From a virus (Duplodnaviria > Caudoviricetes): 64,000 bases of DNA. Position numbers and translations under genes: made by a program. The notes beneath the pieces are model-generated. The model made no database searches. It had not been told where the DNA came from and saw only the letters and a list, made by a program, of their open reading frames with translations. This document shows positions 35,236 through 44,773 of the stretch, piece after piece. The stretch lies in the IMG/VR virus record IMGVR_UViG_2915597211_000007, positions 4,560 through 68,559 of that record; one strand, written 5' to 3'. Position 1 is the first letter of the stretch. Each line of letters opens with the position of its first letter.

Positions 35236-37560
35236 TTATCTCACTGGACAGCTATTTCCCACGCATTCATTTGACGAGTCAACCGCGTTGTCTTCCGCAA
35301 CGATCGCGCCGCCAACGACATCCCACGGTTTAGCCTTGATCCGCGCAACCATCTCGTCGTATTTCTCCTTCGTAATCGCCTCGTATGGCATCTGCGGATA
35401 CGTGTCGGTCGCGTACGGCAATAGTGACGTCGACTTGATTACGGTCTTGTACCGGTCGAGGATAACCGTAATCTCATCGATCACACGGTCCTCGTCGCGT
35501 TGGTCAACCTTGAGCTCCGGATTGCCGAATTTATCGAGAAGCACCGTCCCATCCGCGAAATATACTGGCTTCGGCTGCGCCTTCTTGAACGAAAGTGTCG
35601 CTGACACTGCGTTATCCGACCAGTACGTTGCGAGGAGCGCTTGGAGTGCGGCTTGTTCACGGAGGGGCACGTCGCCTGCTGACTGGAATTGCGTGTGCTC
35701 CGCGGTCGGGGCCTTCACCGGAAACTCCACGACGACCGTATTGTAGTTGTACACGTACGATCCGTCCGGATTAAATCCCTGGATCGCTGGCTCAACGTAA
35801 TATCCGCATTCGAGCAGGATGGGAACGAGCGGAGCCTGCGCCGACATTCGAACGCGACGGATCATGTACGGTGCCCAGTGGTAATGTTGCCCTGGCGAAA
35901 CGCCCATGAGGAGCGAAATAGTTCCGCTGGGCTTCACGGTCGTCACCTTGATCGACGGATTCGCGCCGAGTTGCTCCGCGTGATCAGCGTTCGTATCGCG
36001 GACTGCACCGTATAGCTCATCGAGAGCCTCCGTCACGTCTTCGTTAAATACCGGATTGCCCTCGTCATCAAATCCGAGGATTGCGCGCTCACCGAATCGC
36101 ATCAGCACCCAATCGGTAATTCCCGTAATGCCTACGCCAAGGCGTCGATGTCGGTATACTACGTCGCGAGTAACGGCCCATTCATACGGTCGGAATGTGA
36201 TCCGGTAGGCATAACGCGTTGCCAGGTACGCCACTTCGTCGTATAGCGTATCGCCTTCTATACCCTTCGCTATGAAATCGTGGATTCGCGGCAAGTTGAT
36301 CTCGAACAGGTTGCACGGCGACCCGTTGGGAAGCGTTATTTCCCCGCAAGGATTAAACACTTCGACCTCCCCGTCAATGTCCGCCTTGAATCCGTCGATG
36401 ATCCGTCCGAAGTTGCGCGATAACTCGATCGATACGTAGCCTGGTTCGCCATTATAGTAAATGTTGACGGCCATATCGCGGAGTGTTTCGCGATCAGTGT
36501 CCATTCCGATATCTACGGAGTTGTTCGATGCCCAGCGCCATTGGCTCGCGACCTTATTGCGTTCCAGCGCGTAGTTCTTCGACTCTACGAAATCTTTATC
36601 CGCGTTGTCTCCGATTAGGATTAGCGCTGTTCTGCGGACGTTACCGGCAACGACACAGCATCCGATATTTTGGATCACGTCGCCCCATTCCGTCGGCGTT
36701 ACGTAGTCTCCGACACGACCGTTGAGGATCGTGTTCACTTTCGTTAGCATGTCGACGAGTGGCGCTGGGCCTGACGCAACGCCTCCGAATCCAACAATAT
36801 CGGAACCTCGCGGACGGATATCGGATAGGTCGATCACGATGTCCGTAACGCCTTCGTAATGTGCGTCGATTACTTTCGCGAGCGCCTCCGCCCAGCCTTC
36901 TCGCGCATCCTCGACACGTAAGTAGCTGTAACCGTTCCTTTCCGCGAACTCTTTTTCGTCGTTACATGTTAGCAGCACTCCCATCGACTCGAGTTCGGCG
37001 TCATAATCAGCGTGGTATCCGGTGCAAGAGAACGATATGGTCAGTTTGTTATTTACTTTCGGAATCTGCGCAACGTACTTCTGCTGTACATTCACGCCGA
37101 CGCCTCCGCCTTTCATCGCTTGATCGAACGTAAACACCGGAGCGAACGAAACTTTCGGTTGCCCACCGCCAGGAACGTATTCCTGCGGTCGCATCGACAC
37201 TCCCCAGCAGTTATTTTCGGCATCCCCGACCTTCTCCGCGTAGTCCGTTCCACTCATCCAAAGACCGCGGCCTGGCGGAGTCATGACGAGATTGAACGCT
37301 AGGTGATAGAACCGCTCCATTTCCGCAGTCAGTTCCGCAATCTTCTCATCGGTCAACCGCCCGAGTTCTGCCAGTCTCTTCGCCTCGATCCGAAAGTTAC
37401 CCTCGGTAAATCGCCGCACCGTTTCGTCCCATCGTTCGAGCGTGCCGTCCGGTTTCTTGCGGGCGTAAGTCCGGAGATAGACGATGTAACCGAGCCCGTC
37501 GAATCCCCATTTCGGTTGTTTACCGCGATACTGCTGCAAAAATTGCTCGGACAGTTTCAA
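35236..37560 (-). CDS. nrdJ: Class II (B12-dependent) ribonucleotide reductase, monomeric type
   Basis: PPGRGLW, NNCW, NPCGEI and TTVKPSGT motifs; C-terminal CVGNSCPVR. Confidence 0.93.
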   Translation of the reverse strand: MKLSEQFLQQYRGKQPKWGFDGLGYIVYLRTYARKKPDGTLERWDETVRRFTEGNFRIEAKRLAELGRLTDEKIAELTAEMERFYHLAFNLVMTPPGRGLWMSGTDYAEKVGDAENNCWGVSMRPQEYVPGGGQPKVSFAPVFTFDQAMKGGGVGVNVQQKYVAQIPKVNNKLTISFSCTGYHADYDAELESMGVLLTCNDEKEFAERNGYSYLRVEDAREGWAEALAKVIDAHYEGVTDIVIDLSDIRPRGSDIVGFGGVASGPAPLVDMLTKVNTILNGRVGDYVTPTEWGDVIQNIGCCVVAGNVRRTALILIGDNADKDFVESKNYALERNKVASQWRWASNNSVDIGMDTDRETLRDMAVNIYYNGEPGYVSIELSRNFGRIIDGFKADIDGEVEVFNPCGEITLPNGSPCNLFEINLPRIHDFIAKGIEGDTLYDEVAYLATRYAYRITFRPYEWAVTRDVVYRHRRLGVGITGITDWVLMRFGERAILGFDDEGNPVFNEDVTEALDELYGAVRDTNADHAEQLGANPSIKVTTVKPSGTISLLMGVSPGQHYHWAPYMIRRVRMSAQAPLVPILLECGYYVEPAIQGFNPDGSYVYNYNTVVVEFPVKAPTAEHTQFQSAGDVPLREQAALQALLATYWSDNAVSATLSFKKAQPKPVYFADGTVLLDKFGNPELKVDQRDEDRVIDEITVILDRYKTVIKSTSLLPYATDTYPQMPYEAITKEKYDEMVARIKAKPWDVVGGAIVAEDNAVDSSNECVGNSCPVR

Positions 37561-37760
37561 CTCACATCGTCTCCCTTTTCGTGTATATAGCGTTCGTTAT
37601 CGTCAATCGCGTATTGTAGCGCAAGCTTCTGCGCAACCAGTTCGAAGTAGGCGCGGCGTGCGTCCGGTATCTTCCGTTCAACCTCTGTCAGTTCATCGCG
37701 AAGATACCGGAGGTTTCTTACGGCAAATGGCGCCGACCAGTCGTCGAATTTGCGGGTCAT
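37557..37760 (-). CDS. Hypothetical protein
   Basis: Coupled ORF. Confidence 0.6.
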   Translation of the reverse strand: MTRKFDDWSAPFAVRNLRYLRDELTEVERKIPDARRAYFELVAQKLALQYAIDDNERYIHEKGDDVS

Positions 37761-37855
37761 GGCGTAGACACCGCACCTGGCGGAAACGGTCCGTCGTCAT
37801 TGCGGTCAAATAGCGATTGGACTAGCGCCACAAGCGCGGATACCGCCTCTATCAT
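37757..37855 (-). CDS. Small hypothetical protein (32 aa)
   Basis: MIEAVSALVALVQSLFDRNDDGPFPPGAVSTP; GGAGG SD; ATGA-coupled at both ends. Confidence 0.5.
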   Translation of the reverse strand: MIEAVSALVALVQSLFDRNDDGPFPPGAVSTP

Positions 37856-38064
37856 TGCGTCGACCTCCGATTCAGTCCGCTAAATGCGAGATTGCTGACA
37901 ACTCCGAGCAAGATTACGGACGCGAACGCCTGCCAGAATCCGAAGTGGACCGCGAATAGGAACGTAACTAGCGTTGATACGAGCCATGCCGTGATTGAAA
38001 TACCTGCGAACCATAGCGCGATGAATGCGAGGACGACGCCTGTGCGTGCGAGATATTTCGTCAA
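37852..38064 (-). CDS. Small membrane protein
   Basis: Two hydrophobic segments. Confidence 0.65.
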   Translation of the reverse strand: MTKYLARTGVVLAFIALWFAGISITAWLVSTLVTFLFAVHFGFWQAFASVILLGVVSNLAFSGLNRRSTQ

Positions 38065-38256
38065 TTACTTCTCCTCCCCAATATGAGCAATCGCGGCCTC
38101 TAAAGCGCTCGTAGTTGCGTCACCCAAGTAATCATAAAGGTATTCGCCTGCTTCGCTATAACTGCGATCTCCATCCGAAATTTGCTCTAGCGTCTCATAG
38201 ACACGCTCAAGCACTTTATTTAACTTCGCCAACAACTCCTGTTTATCGCCCATCAT
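38065..38256 (-). CDS. Hypothetical protein
   Basis: Coupled ORF. Confidence 0.6.
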   Translation of the reverse strand: MMGDKQELLAKLNKVLERVYETLEQISDGDRSYSEAGEYLYDYLGDATTSALEAAIAHIGEEK

Positions 38257-38792
38257 TCCGCCTCCTCAGCGTCAATCAGATTTTCGCGAATCAACCACGC
38301 CAGAATCACGGCGCAGGCGTCGCTTTCATCATCGGTCGCGAACGGATAATCCTCCGCCAGTCCGAGCACCCTCCGTACGCCCGCCGCAACCTCCGGCTTC
38401 TTCGCGCTACCATCGCCTGTCACCGTTTTCTTCACGCTCGATGGCGTCAAATTCGCGTCGACTGCGTAACCGTAACGGGCGAGAGCGCGATCCACCGCCG
38501 ACCAGCTTCCGTGTATCTTATCGTTCATTTTGTAATCGCGCGATGGCGGCCATATTTCGCGCACTACGCCTGCAAACGGTCCCGCCCGTAATTGCTCGCG
38601 GATGAATAGGAGCGCAACCGATTCGATAATTTCGTAGCGCAACGTCTGATTCTCGGATGCGTCCGTCTTAGCGTGAGTGACCGCGATCAGGCGTGGCTTC
38701 CGGTTCGTTACGCCGATGACCGCGAAACCGGGATTGAGCGATAGGTCGAGTCCGAGGTATAACGTAGGCGGGTCCGGTTTCTTACGTGCTAT
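38253..38792 (-). CDS. RuvC-like Holliday junction resolvase, apparent ATA start
   Basis: Catalytic YLGLDLS lies upstream of the tracked start (38642); frame open to GGAGGTG-N7-ATA GCA; VKKTVTG.G.AKK.EV and DESDACAV motifs. Confidence 0.85.
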   Translation of the reverse strand: MARKKPDPPTLYLGLDLSLNPGFAVIGVTNRKPRLIAVTHAKTDASENQTLRYEIIESVALLFIREQLRAGPFAGVVREIWPPSRDYKMNDKIHGSWSAVDRALARYGYAVDANLTPSSVKKTVTGDGSAKKPEVAAGVRRVLGLAEDYPFATDDESDACAVILAWLIRENLIDAEEAE

Positions 38793-39384
38793 GGGCGGAC
38801 ACCTCCACGACTGTCGCGTTATACGGTACGAACGTAAGTGGTCGTTCCGGCGAGTTTACGACCACATTCCGATACTCGATTCCGCGCGCCTCCGCAATTG
38901 GCGCGAGCTTACGGAACACTTCGATAGTCGCGAGCACATCGTTCATCGCGCGGTGGTGTCCGGTCAAATCGATGCCGTGGCGGGCGCATACGGACGCAAG
39001 CGATGCGGATTCCGTAGGCTCGACGAGTTTGGCGAGGGCGCGGGTGCAGACGAAAGATTCGGCTGAAAGTTCGTTGATTGCAAGGAAAGAGAAATCGAAA
39101 GGTGCGTTGTGTGCAACGATTACGGAATGCGGTCCCGCGAAGTAATCGAGAGTAGCCACTGCGTCAAATGGGTGTATTCCGTGAGACAAGTCCTCGGGCG
39201 CTATGCCGGTAAGTTCGGAAATAAACGCTGGCAACACTCTTCCTCCGCACAATTCAACGTACATTTGCAATCGTCCGTACTCACGTTCTAAGTCCGTCCT
39301 CACCGCAGCAATCTCGATAATTTGCTCCGCCTCGTAATCGAGTCCGGTCGTTTCCAGGTCAATGAACGTATAGATTTCGCTCAT
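38782..39384 (-). CDS. DEDDh 3'-5' exonuclease (DnaQ-like)
   Basis: FIDLETTGL, AHNAPFD and HRAMND motifs. Confidence 0.92.
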   Translation of the reverse strand: MSEIYTFIDLETTGLDYEAEQIIEIAAVRTDLEREYGRLQMYVELCGGRVLPAFISELTGIAPEDLSHGIHPFDAVATLDYFAGPHSVIVAHNAPFDFSFLAINELSAESFVCTRALAKLVEPTESASLASVCARHGIDLTGHHRAMNDVLATIEVFRKLAPIAEARGIEYRNVVVNSPERPLTFVPYNATVVEVSAHST

Positions 39385-39599
39385 TATTCCGCCTCCCTTC
39401 GATATATCCCCGCATCCCGTTCGAGTGCCTTCGCAATTTCAACGATTGCGTCATACGTCTCTTCCGCATCCATCGTATGAAGCTGTCAGGCGAGTTGGCG
39501 GAGGTCTGCGGTCGCGACGACAACGGACGTAACAAGCTCGGCATACTTCGTGTCGATCTCTTCGGCGCGGTCGATAAACTCGTGCGGGACTACGGGCAT
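39384..39599 (-). pseudogene. 71-codon ORF interrupted by an in-frame TGA at 39486-39488
   Basis: MPVVPHEFIDRAEE...LRQLA*QLHTMDAEE...RREAE; coupled to both neighbours. Confidence 0.5.
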
Positions 39600-40654
39600 T
39601 ACGCCGTCACCTCCGCAATTTGATCGAGGTATGCCCGTAGACTACGATGATCCCGTTTGCCTGCGAGAGTTGACCGCCCCATACGCGACTCAACCGTTTG
39701 CAGCTCCGCCAGATTTTCCGCGCTGAGCGACGTCTGGCAATGTCCGCCGAAGTACGGGCAGAAACCGCACTTGTTCGTCATATCCGCGGTCACATCCGGC
39801 TTCTCCCCTTCGTAAACCAACCGGGCTTGTCGCGCCAGGTCCCGTAAGAGAGCGTCCTGCATCTCGTCCGTAATGTAGAAGTAGAATGGACGGATATCGG
39901 GGACCGGCGTTCCATCGCGCCACGTCTTCGCACCTTTCGTCACACTCGCGTTTGCTTCGTCCGAGAACCATGCGGGCTTTTGCGTCGATTCGTACAGGAG
40001 GATTCCTTCGCGAATCCCGAACACGAGCGATTCTGCCGTAACTTGGCGGAGGTGGTCCGATTGTGGACCGGTATAATCAAGTTTCGAGTTCATGGCGCGG
40101 ATACCGGACGCCTTTGTTTTGTATTCGAAGAGTAATTGCGTGCTGTCTGGTAAGTATTCGAGCAGTCCGTCAGGTTTCGCAGTGATCGCGAATTTTACGC
40201 TGTCATACTCGAACACCCTTCGGTTTTGCGCAGCATCCTCAAACATCCACTCGTATGAGCTCGTTTCGGGATTCGGGACGTTCATAACTTCAAATTTCGC
40301 GCGATCGCCGAGCCGTTTCCGCATATGAACGAGGTCGAGTTGCACGTATTCGATAATAGCGCTACCCTGGCGGCGTTGGCGTCCACGGAACGGTAAATCA
40401 TCGGACTTTTGCGGCTTCACTTTCTGATTGCGAAAGAATACTTCGAGATCGCACTTGTCCGTCCCCGACGCACCAAACGTTACCAATCCGTCATTCGGAT
40501 ATGGCTTAAACGTTAGATGACGCAACTTCTGCTCGTAGAATTTCCGTGCGATTGCGTTATCGTGGAATCCGGAAGTCGGTGATGCGTAGTAGGCGTCGAG
40601 TTGTTCCGCAAATTCTCGTTCGATTGTACGGGCACGTTCCGTTATTGTTGCGAT
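39599..40654 (-). CDS. PD-(D/E)XK nuclease, Cas4/RecB-like, apparent ATC start
   Basis: KPDGLL..LFEYKT; QVTAES; C-terminal CGFCPYFGGHC; frame open 43 codons above the tracked start to AAAGGGG-N10-ATC GCA. Confidence 0.75.
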   Translation of the reverse strand: MATITERARTIEREFAEQLDAYYASPTSGFHDNAIARKFYEQKLRHLTFKPYPNDGLVTFGASGTDKCDLEVFFRNQKVKPQKSDDLPFRGRQRRQGSAIIEYVQLDLVHMRKRLGDRAKFEVMNVPNPETSSYEWMFEDAAQNRRVFEYDSVKFAITAKPDGLLEYLPDSTQLLFEYKTKASGIRAMNSKLDYTGPQSDHLRQVTAESLVFGIREGILLYESTQKPAWFSDEANASVTKGAKTWRDGTPVPDIRPFYFYITDEMQDALLRDLARQARLVYEGEKPDVTADMTNKCGFCPYFGGHCQTSLSAENLAELQTVESRMGRSTLAGKRDHRSLRAYLDQIAEVTA

Positions 40655-40866
40655 AAGGCATCGTCCCCTTTCGTCAGGAATGCTTTTACTTTGTTCAGCA
40701 CTCGAACTGCTCCAGTACTTTCGCCGTAATCAATCCCGAGTACGTACGCATCATCAAAGTTTCCGCCAGAGGCATCGCACGGGTCTTCGCAATACTCCAA
40801 GTCGGGGTCGTCATATTGTTCAATGAGTCCGTCAATAAACGCGATCAATTTTTCTTTCATGTACAT
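40642..40866 (-). CDS. Acidic hypothetical protein
   Basis: Operonic ORF. Confidence 0.55.
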   Translation of the reverse strand: MYMKEKLIAFIDGLIEQYDDPDLEYCEDPCDASGGNFDDAYVLGIDYGESTGAVRVLNKVKAFLTKGDDALSQQ

Positions 40867-40938
40867 CGCCTACCTTTCGGAAATTAGCGCTCGTTTAGCG
40901 CCTCACTTCGTTATTCGTTCGTCAATCCGTTTCGCACA

Positions 40939-41985
40939 CTATTTCGTGAACCAAACTTCCGGTTTTACTTCGTCCATCCACCGTTCCATGATCACGATAT
41001 CCGTAACCAGCGGAACCGATAACGATACTGTCCGCGTCATGACGTCGTTAACTAGGTCGATCGTTTCTGGCGTTAATTGATCGCGCGGCACCGATACGAG
41101 CAATTCATCGTGAATGGACGCGTTCAATTCCCATCCGCGCTCCTTACAAATCCGCGCCATACGATTGCCGTTCATCTTGAGAATGTCTGCGCCTGTCCCT
41201 TGGATTACCGCGTTAAATGCCGCGCGCTCCCAGTAGCCGACGAGCCCGGTCTGATCGCGGAGTACGTCAAGTTCTGTCTGAATCTCGGACAGGCGCGTCA
41301 TATCCGCTGTCGACTTCCGATCCTTCGCATTAAGGCGCTTGCGTTCCGTATACAATCGAATGCGGCGCTGTTCGCTCTTTGCGGCTTCCGCAGCCACTCG
41401 TTTGTAATCCGGAAACCTGCGCTTACGTCCGTAAAGTGTCTCAACGTAGCCCGTCCGTTTCATTCCTTCGCGAATGTCCGTTACCATACGTTTGAACGAC
41501 GGAAACGTCCGGTTGAAGTTTTCGAAGAAGAACTCCGCGACATCCATTGTCACGTCCATTTTCTTCGCGAATGATTGCGGTGATTGATCGTAGGATACCG
41601 CGAGCACGCCCGTTTTCATTAGGGCACGCGGCTTGAAGCGTCCAGTCGGGTCGAGCGCCTTGTCTACGCAATACTCTTCCGCCAGGTTGAACGTCATCAT
41701 CGCCATCGTCGTGTAGAGGTCAACGCCGTCTACGAAAATCTGACGCATGGAATTATCTCCGTACTGCGAGAACATGATGTGCGACATAATACGAGGTTCG
41801 ATTTGACCGAGGTCTGCGCCGATGAAGACAAAGCCCTGGCGTGGTACAAAGCAGTTTCTGACGCGGACACCGTCTCCTTTTGCGGGAAGGTTTTGAAGAT
41901 TGGTTCCTAGCTTTTCCTTTCGGTCATCCGCGACTAGTTTCCGTACAATCGCATGATAATTATCGTCGGTAATCTTTAGAGTCAC
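40939..41985 (-). CDS. DNA polymerase family A, C-terminal (polymerase) subunit
   Basis: NLQNLP, ADLGQIEPRI (motif A), RALMKTGVLAVSY (motif B), IQGTGADILK and IHDELL (motif C). Confidence 0.92.
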   Translation of the reverse strand: MTLKITDDNYHAIVRKLVADDRKEKLGTNLQNLPAKGDGVRVRNCFVPRQGFVFIGADLGQIEPRIMSHIMFSQYGDNSMRQIFVDGVDLYTTMAMMTFNLAEEYCVDKALDPTGRFKPRALMKTGVLAVSYDQSPQSFAKKMDVTMDVAEFFFENFNRTFPSFKRMVTDIREGMKRTGYVETLYGRKRRFPDYKRVAAEAAKSEQRRIRLYTERKRLNAKDRKSTADMTRLSEIQTELDVLRDQTGLVGYWERAAFNAVIQGTGADILKMNGNRMARICKERGWELNASIHDELLVSVPRDQLTPETIDLVNDVMTRTVSLSVPLVTDIVIMERWMDEVKPEVWFTK

Positions 41986-43766
41986 GCGACCACCTCCGTT
42001 TTAAACTCGTCCAGGATATCGATAGGTCGGCCGCCATAACTTGAGCTACTGTAACGCCCCGTTGCGGTTCCTCCCGCCTTGAACTCCGAGTGCAACCGCC
42101 CGTCTGGTTCCAGCGCCTTCGGTATTTTCAACACGTACGTATTTAGCAGTTTCTCGTATGCAGCAACGGTCGCCAACGGCTTGAGCGCCTCTTCCTCTTC
42201 GTAATACATCGCAAGTACATCTGCAGCCGTCGACCGTTTCTTTCCACGCTGAACGAGGTGCGTCCGGTCTTTTACGCCGAGATAATCGTAAATGAGATAC
42301 GCGATGTGATTTCCGTTCGTCAGCGAAAATTCTCCGTTTTCTACGAAGATTGGCGCGTGCGCCTCGTCGGCTGGCGCTAGCTCCTCCGCAAGTAACGTAT
42401 CGAGTCGCTCTTTCGCCTGCTGGTACTTCTTCGTCTCCGGCTTGCTACTCGCCATTGTTTCGCGTTGCTTGCGTATCGACTCGTCACGCCTCGCAATCTT
42501 TTTCCGTTGAGCCTCGATCCAGTCCGCAACCTTCTTTGCGTTAATCGTCCGGTCCATCTTGCAGACGAACGCGTCGTCGATTCCGTATGCTTCGAATAGT
42601 TCTCGCTTGGCTTCCGCCAGTTTATCGCCGAATTCCGTTTCGAGCGCCTTCATTCCGTCGAGGTCGATTTCGAATCCGCAACGTACCATGATTACGTCCG
42701 TTTCCGGCAACTTCGAGTCAATGTTCGCGTAACATTCGAGCAGCCGGTTCGTCTTCGCCATCGTTTCGAATTGCCACTCGAACATCCTCCATCCGTACAG
42801 GACGTCCTTGATCGCGTAGATTCCGACAATTTCCACATTAAACGGTGCTGGCGAACGGTTTCCGAACATGTCCTCAAATGTATAAACGGGACCGCCAATT
42901 CCTAGCCACTTGCCATATTTCGCGGTCAATGGTTTCAAGCCATACGACTCTTCGTGTTCATTCATCGTGTACATCGCGTCTCGCGTATCCCAAACGCAGC
43001 CACTAATCGTATAGCCATCGTTCTCTGCAACGTGTAGATCATAACGCGTACTTCCCATATGAAACGTCTTACCGTGTTCCGGTCGCGATAGATACAGAGA
43101 TATCGCCGCCAGCACTTTCGAACGCGTGAGTTGCGGATCGCCCGCCTTGAACGCGTATTGCTCCGGAATGTCCTCGAATCCCGGTATGCCGCGCATGCCT
43201 ACGTGACCATACGGCAGGTAATAGCCTTCGTTCAGTATCGGGAGCCATACGCTGAATCCGATTGACAGGTCGAGGTACGAATCGACGCCCGTTCCCTCGA
43301 AGTCTCCCGCCGTCATCGACTCGACGCCAAGGATACGGAAGCGATCGCGCCAGTCCGTTCGCTGACGCCTCACCTCTTCTCGCACGCGTTCGATAAATCC
43401 CGGCAATTGCGTGTCATCCGTTAGAATGTAGAAGTTATCCGGTTTGGTCGCGGTCACTTCACGAATCCGTTGCTCGCGGAGAGCCTCGTCATGTTGGCGC
43501 ATGACGGCAGCTCCCATCGCAAGTACGCTTGATTTCGTTAGCTTTCCGTTCGGGAGACCGCCTAACTCTCCCGAATCGTAAGCCTTGCGCGCGGCTTCGT
43601 ATAGCTCGCGTTCCTTATCCGTAAACTTCATCGCACCAATCCGTTCCCACGCCTGCTCGACCGTTTCAGCCGCTTTCTTCCGCTCGACCGCCGCCTCGAC
43701 CCGTTCGCGTTGGGCTTCGGACTCGACCGTTGGGGAACGGAGGTTTAAACGTAGGGTTACGTTCAC
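41982..43766 (-). CDS. DNA polymerase family A, N-terminal (3'-5' exonuclease/thumb) subunit
   Basis: GDFEGTG, YDLH, WDT and YAIKD motifs; ends DGRLHSEFKAGGTATGRYSS. Confidence 0.88.
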   Translation of the reverse strand: MNVTLRLNLRSPTVESEAQRERVEAAVERKKAAETVEQAWERIGAMKFTDKERELYEAARKAYDSGELGGLPNGKLTKSSVLAMGAAVMRQHDEALREQRIREVTATKPDNFYILTDDTQLPGFIERVREEVRRQRTDWRDRFRILGVESMTAGDFEGTGVDSYLDLSIGFSVWLPILNEGYYLPYGHVGMRGIPGFEDIPEQYAFKAGDPQLTRSKVLAAISLYLSRPEHGKTFHMGSTRYDLHVAENDGYTISGCVWDTRDAMYTMNEHEESYGLKPLTAKYGKWLGIGGPVYTFEDMFGNRSPAPFNVEIVGIYAIKDVLYGWRMFEWQFETMAKTNRLLECYANIDSKLPETDVIMVRCGFEIDLDGMKALETEFGDKLAEAKRELFEAYGIDDAFVCKMDRTINAKKVADWIEAQRKKIARRDESIRKQRETMASSKPETKKYQQAKERLDTLLAEELAPADEAHAPIFVENGEFSLTNGNHIAYLIYDYLGVKDRTHLVQRGKKRSTAADVLAMYYEEEEALKPLATVAAYEKLLNTYVLKIPKALEPDGRLHSEFKAGGTATGRYSSSSYGGRPIDILDEFKTEVVA

Positions 43767-44770
43767 GCTGCGTCACCGCCGCGGAGGTTAACGACGGATT
43801 CGACGGGTGCGATGAGCTCAATATCCCACCGGTTTTGCCAGTTTTCGCTCTTGATCGTCGCGGTGTTCACGCGGAACATTACGTTATAACGGTCTATTTC
43901 CGCTATAATACCGATCTCCCCTGTAGGTACCCGCGAGCCCTCTCCGTTAATTACTCTGACAACGTCACCATCCTTAAACTCGCCCACCTTACGTCCGATT
44001 GCGGACCATTTCGCTTCCTCCGCCTTCTTACGTTCATCTTCCGTAGCTCGAACGAGATCAATTTCGCGGAACCAAGGTCGAGTTAACTCCTCGCCACCTA
44101 GCGCGTCACAACGGAATGGCGTACTTGCTCGATCATCCTCCGCGATCTTAACAATATCCCCGATCTTAGCCGAGTGTCCTGCGTCATTCCCGACCACTTT
44201 CGCGTACTCACCGACCTTCAAACGCTGCGCTTCCGCCTCCTTCCGTTTAACCTCCGCCAGTTGCGCCTCCATCTCGGCAACTTTCGCTTTGGTTGCGGCG
44301 AGTTCCGTTTCGAGCGTTACTAGGGACGGCGCGATCGGTTCGAGTACGGAATACTCATCTACGTACAAATAGTGACTATCTTGTGCGTCATCGATTACGT
44401 GCACTCCTCCGCTAGAAGACAAACGAGATACCTTGTACGCTTTTCCTGCAACGAGATCGACCTCATCTACCAGCGCTAGAACCACGTCCCCTTCGCGAAC
44501 AGGACGGTCCACCTTGCGGTATTGCTGGCCGTCGTGGACGATGGTGTCGGCGGACGTGACCGGTTCCAGGACGACATATTCGCGATGATACAGTCCGGCT
44601 GAGTTCTCCGTAATGTATACTCCCGAACTGACTGCCTCTCTTACTGTTAGAACATGGCCGTCTACGTATCTTCCTCCGGATATAGTTGCGGCTACAACCT
44701 TGATCTTCTCGCCGACCTTCGCCTTACGCTTAACCTCACGATATTGAACTCCGCCAATTGTCGTCATCAT
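43763..44770 (-). CDS. Hypothetical protein with four SH3/KOW-like repeats and a coiled coil
   Basis: KRKAKVGEKIKVV, RPVREGDVV, LKVGEYAKVV, FKDGDVVRVI. Confidence 0.7.
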   Translation of the reverse strand: MMTTIGGVQYREVKRKAKVGEKIKVVAATISGGRYVDGHVLTVREAVSSGVYITENSAGLYHREYVVLEPVTSADTIVHDGQQYRKVDRPVREGDVVLALVDEVDLVAGKAYKVSRLSSSGGVHVIDDAQDSHYLYVDEYSVLEPIAPSLVTLETELAATKAKVAEMEAQLAEVKRKEAEAQRLKVGEYAKVVGNDAGHSAKIGDIVKIAEDDRASTPFRCDALGGEELTRPWFREIDLVRATEDERKKAEEAKWSAIGRKVGEFKDGDVVRVINGEGSRVPTGEIGIIAEIDRYNVMFRVNTATIKSENWQNRWDIELIAPVESVVNLRGGDAA

Positions 44771-44773
44771 ATA

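Noticed and set aside
39599-40654. Cas4 as evidence of a CRISPR-Cas system
   Set aside because: Solo Cas4-like nucleases are common in phage replication modules; no array or other cas genes are seen
41900-42060. Group I intron or intein at the polymerase split
   Set aside because: The intervening sequence is only about 130 nt, no intron core or intein motifs are recognised, and the second ORF has a good SD
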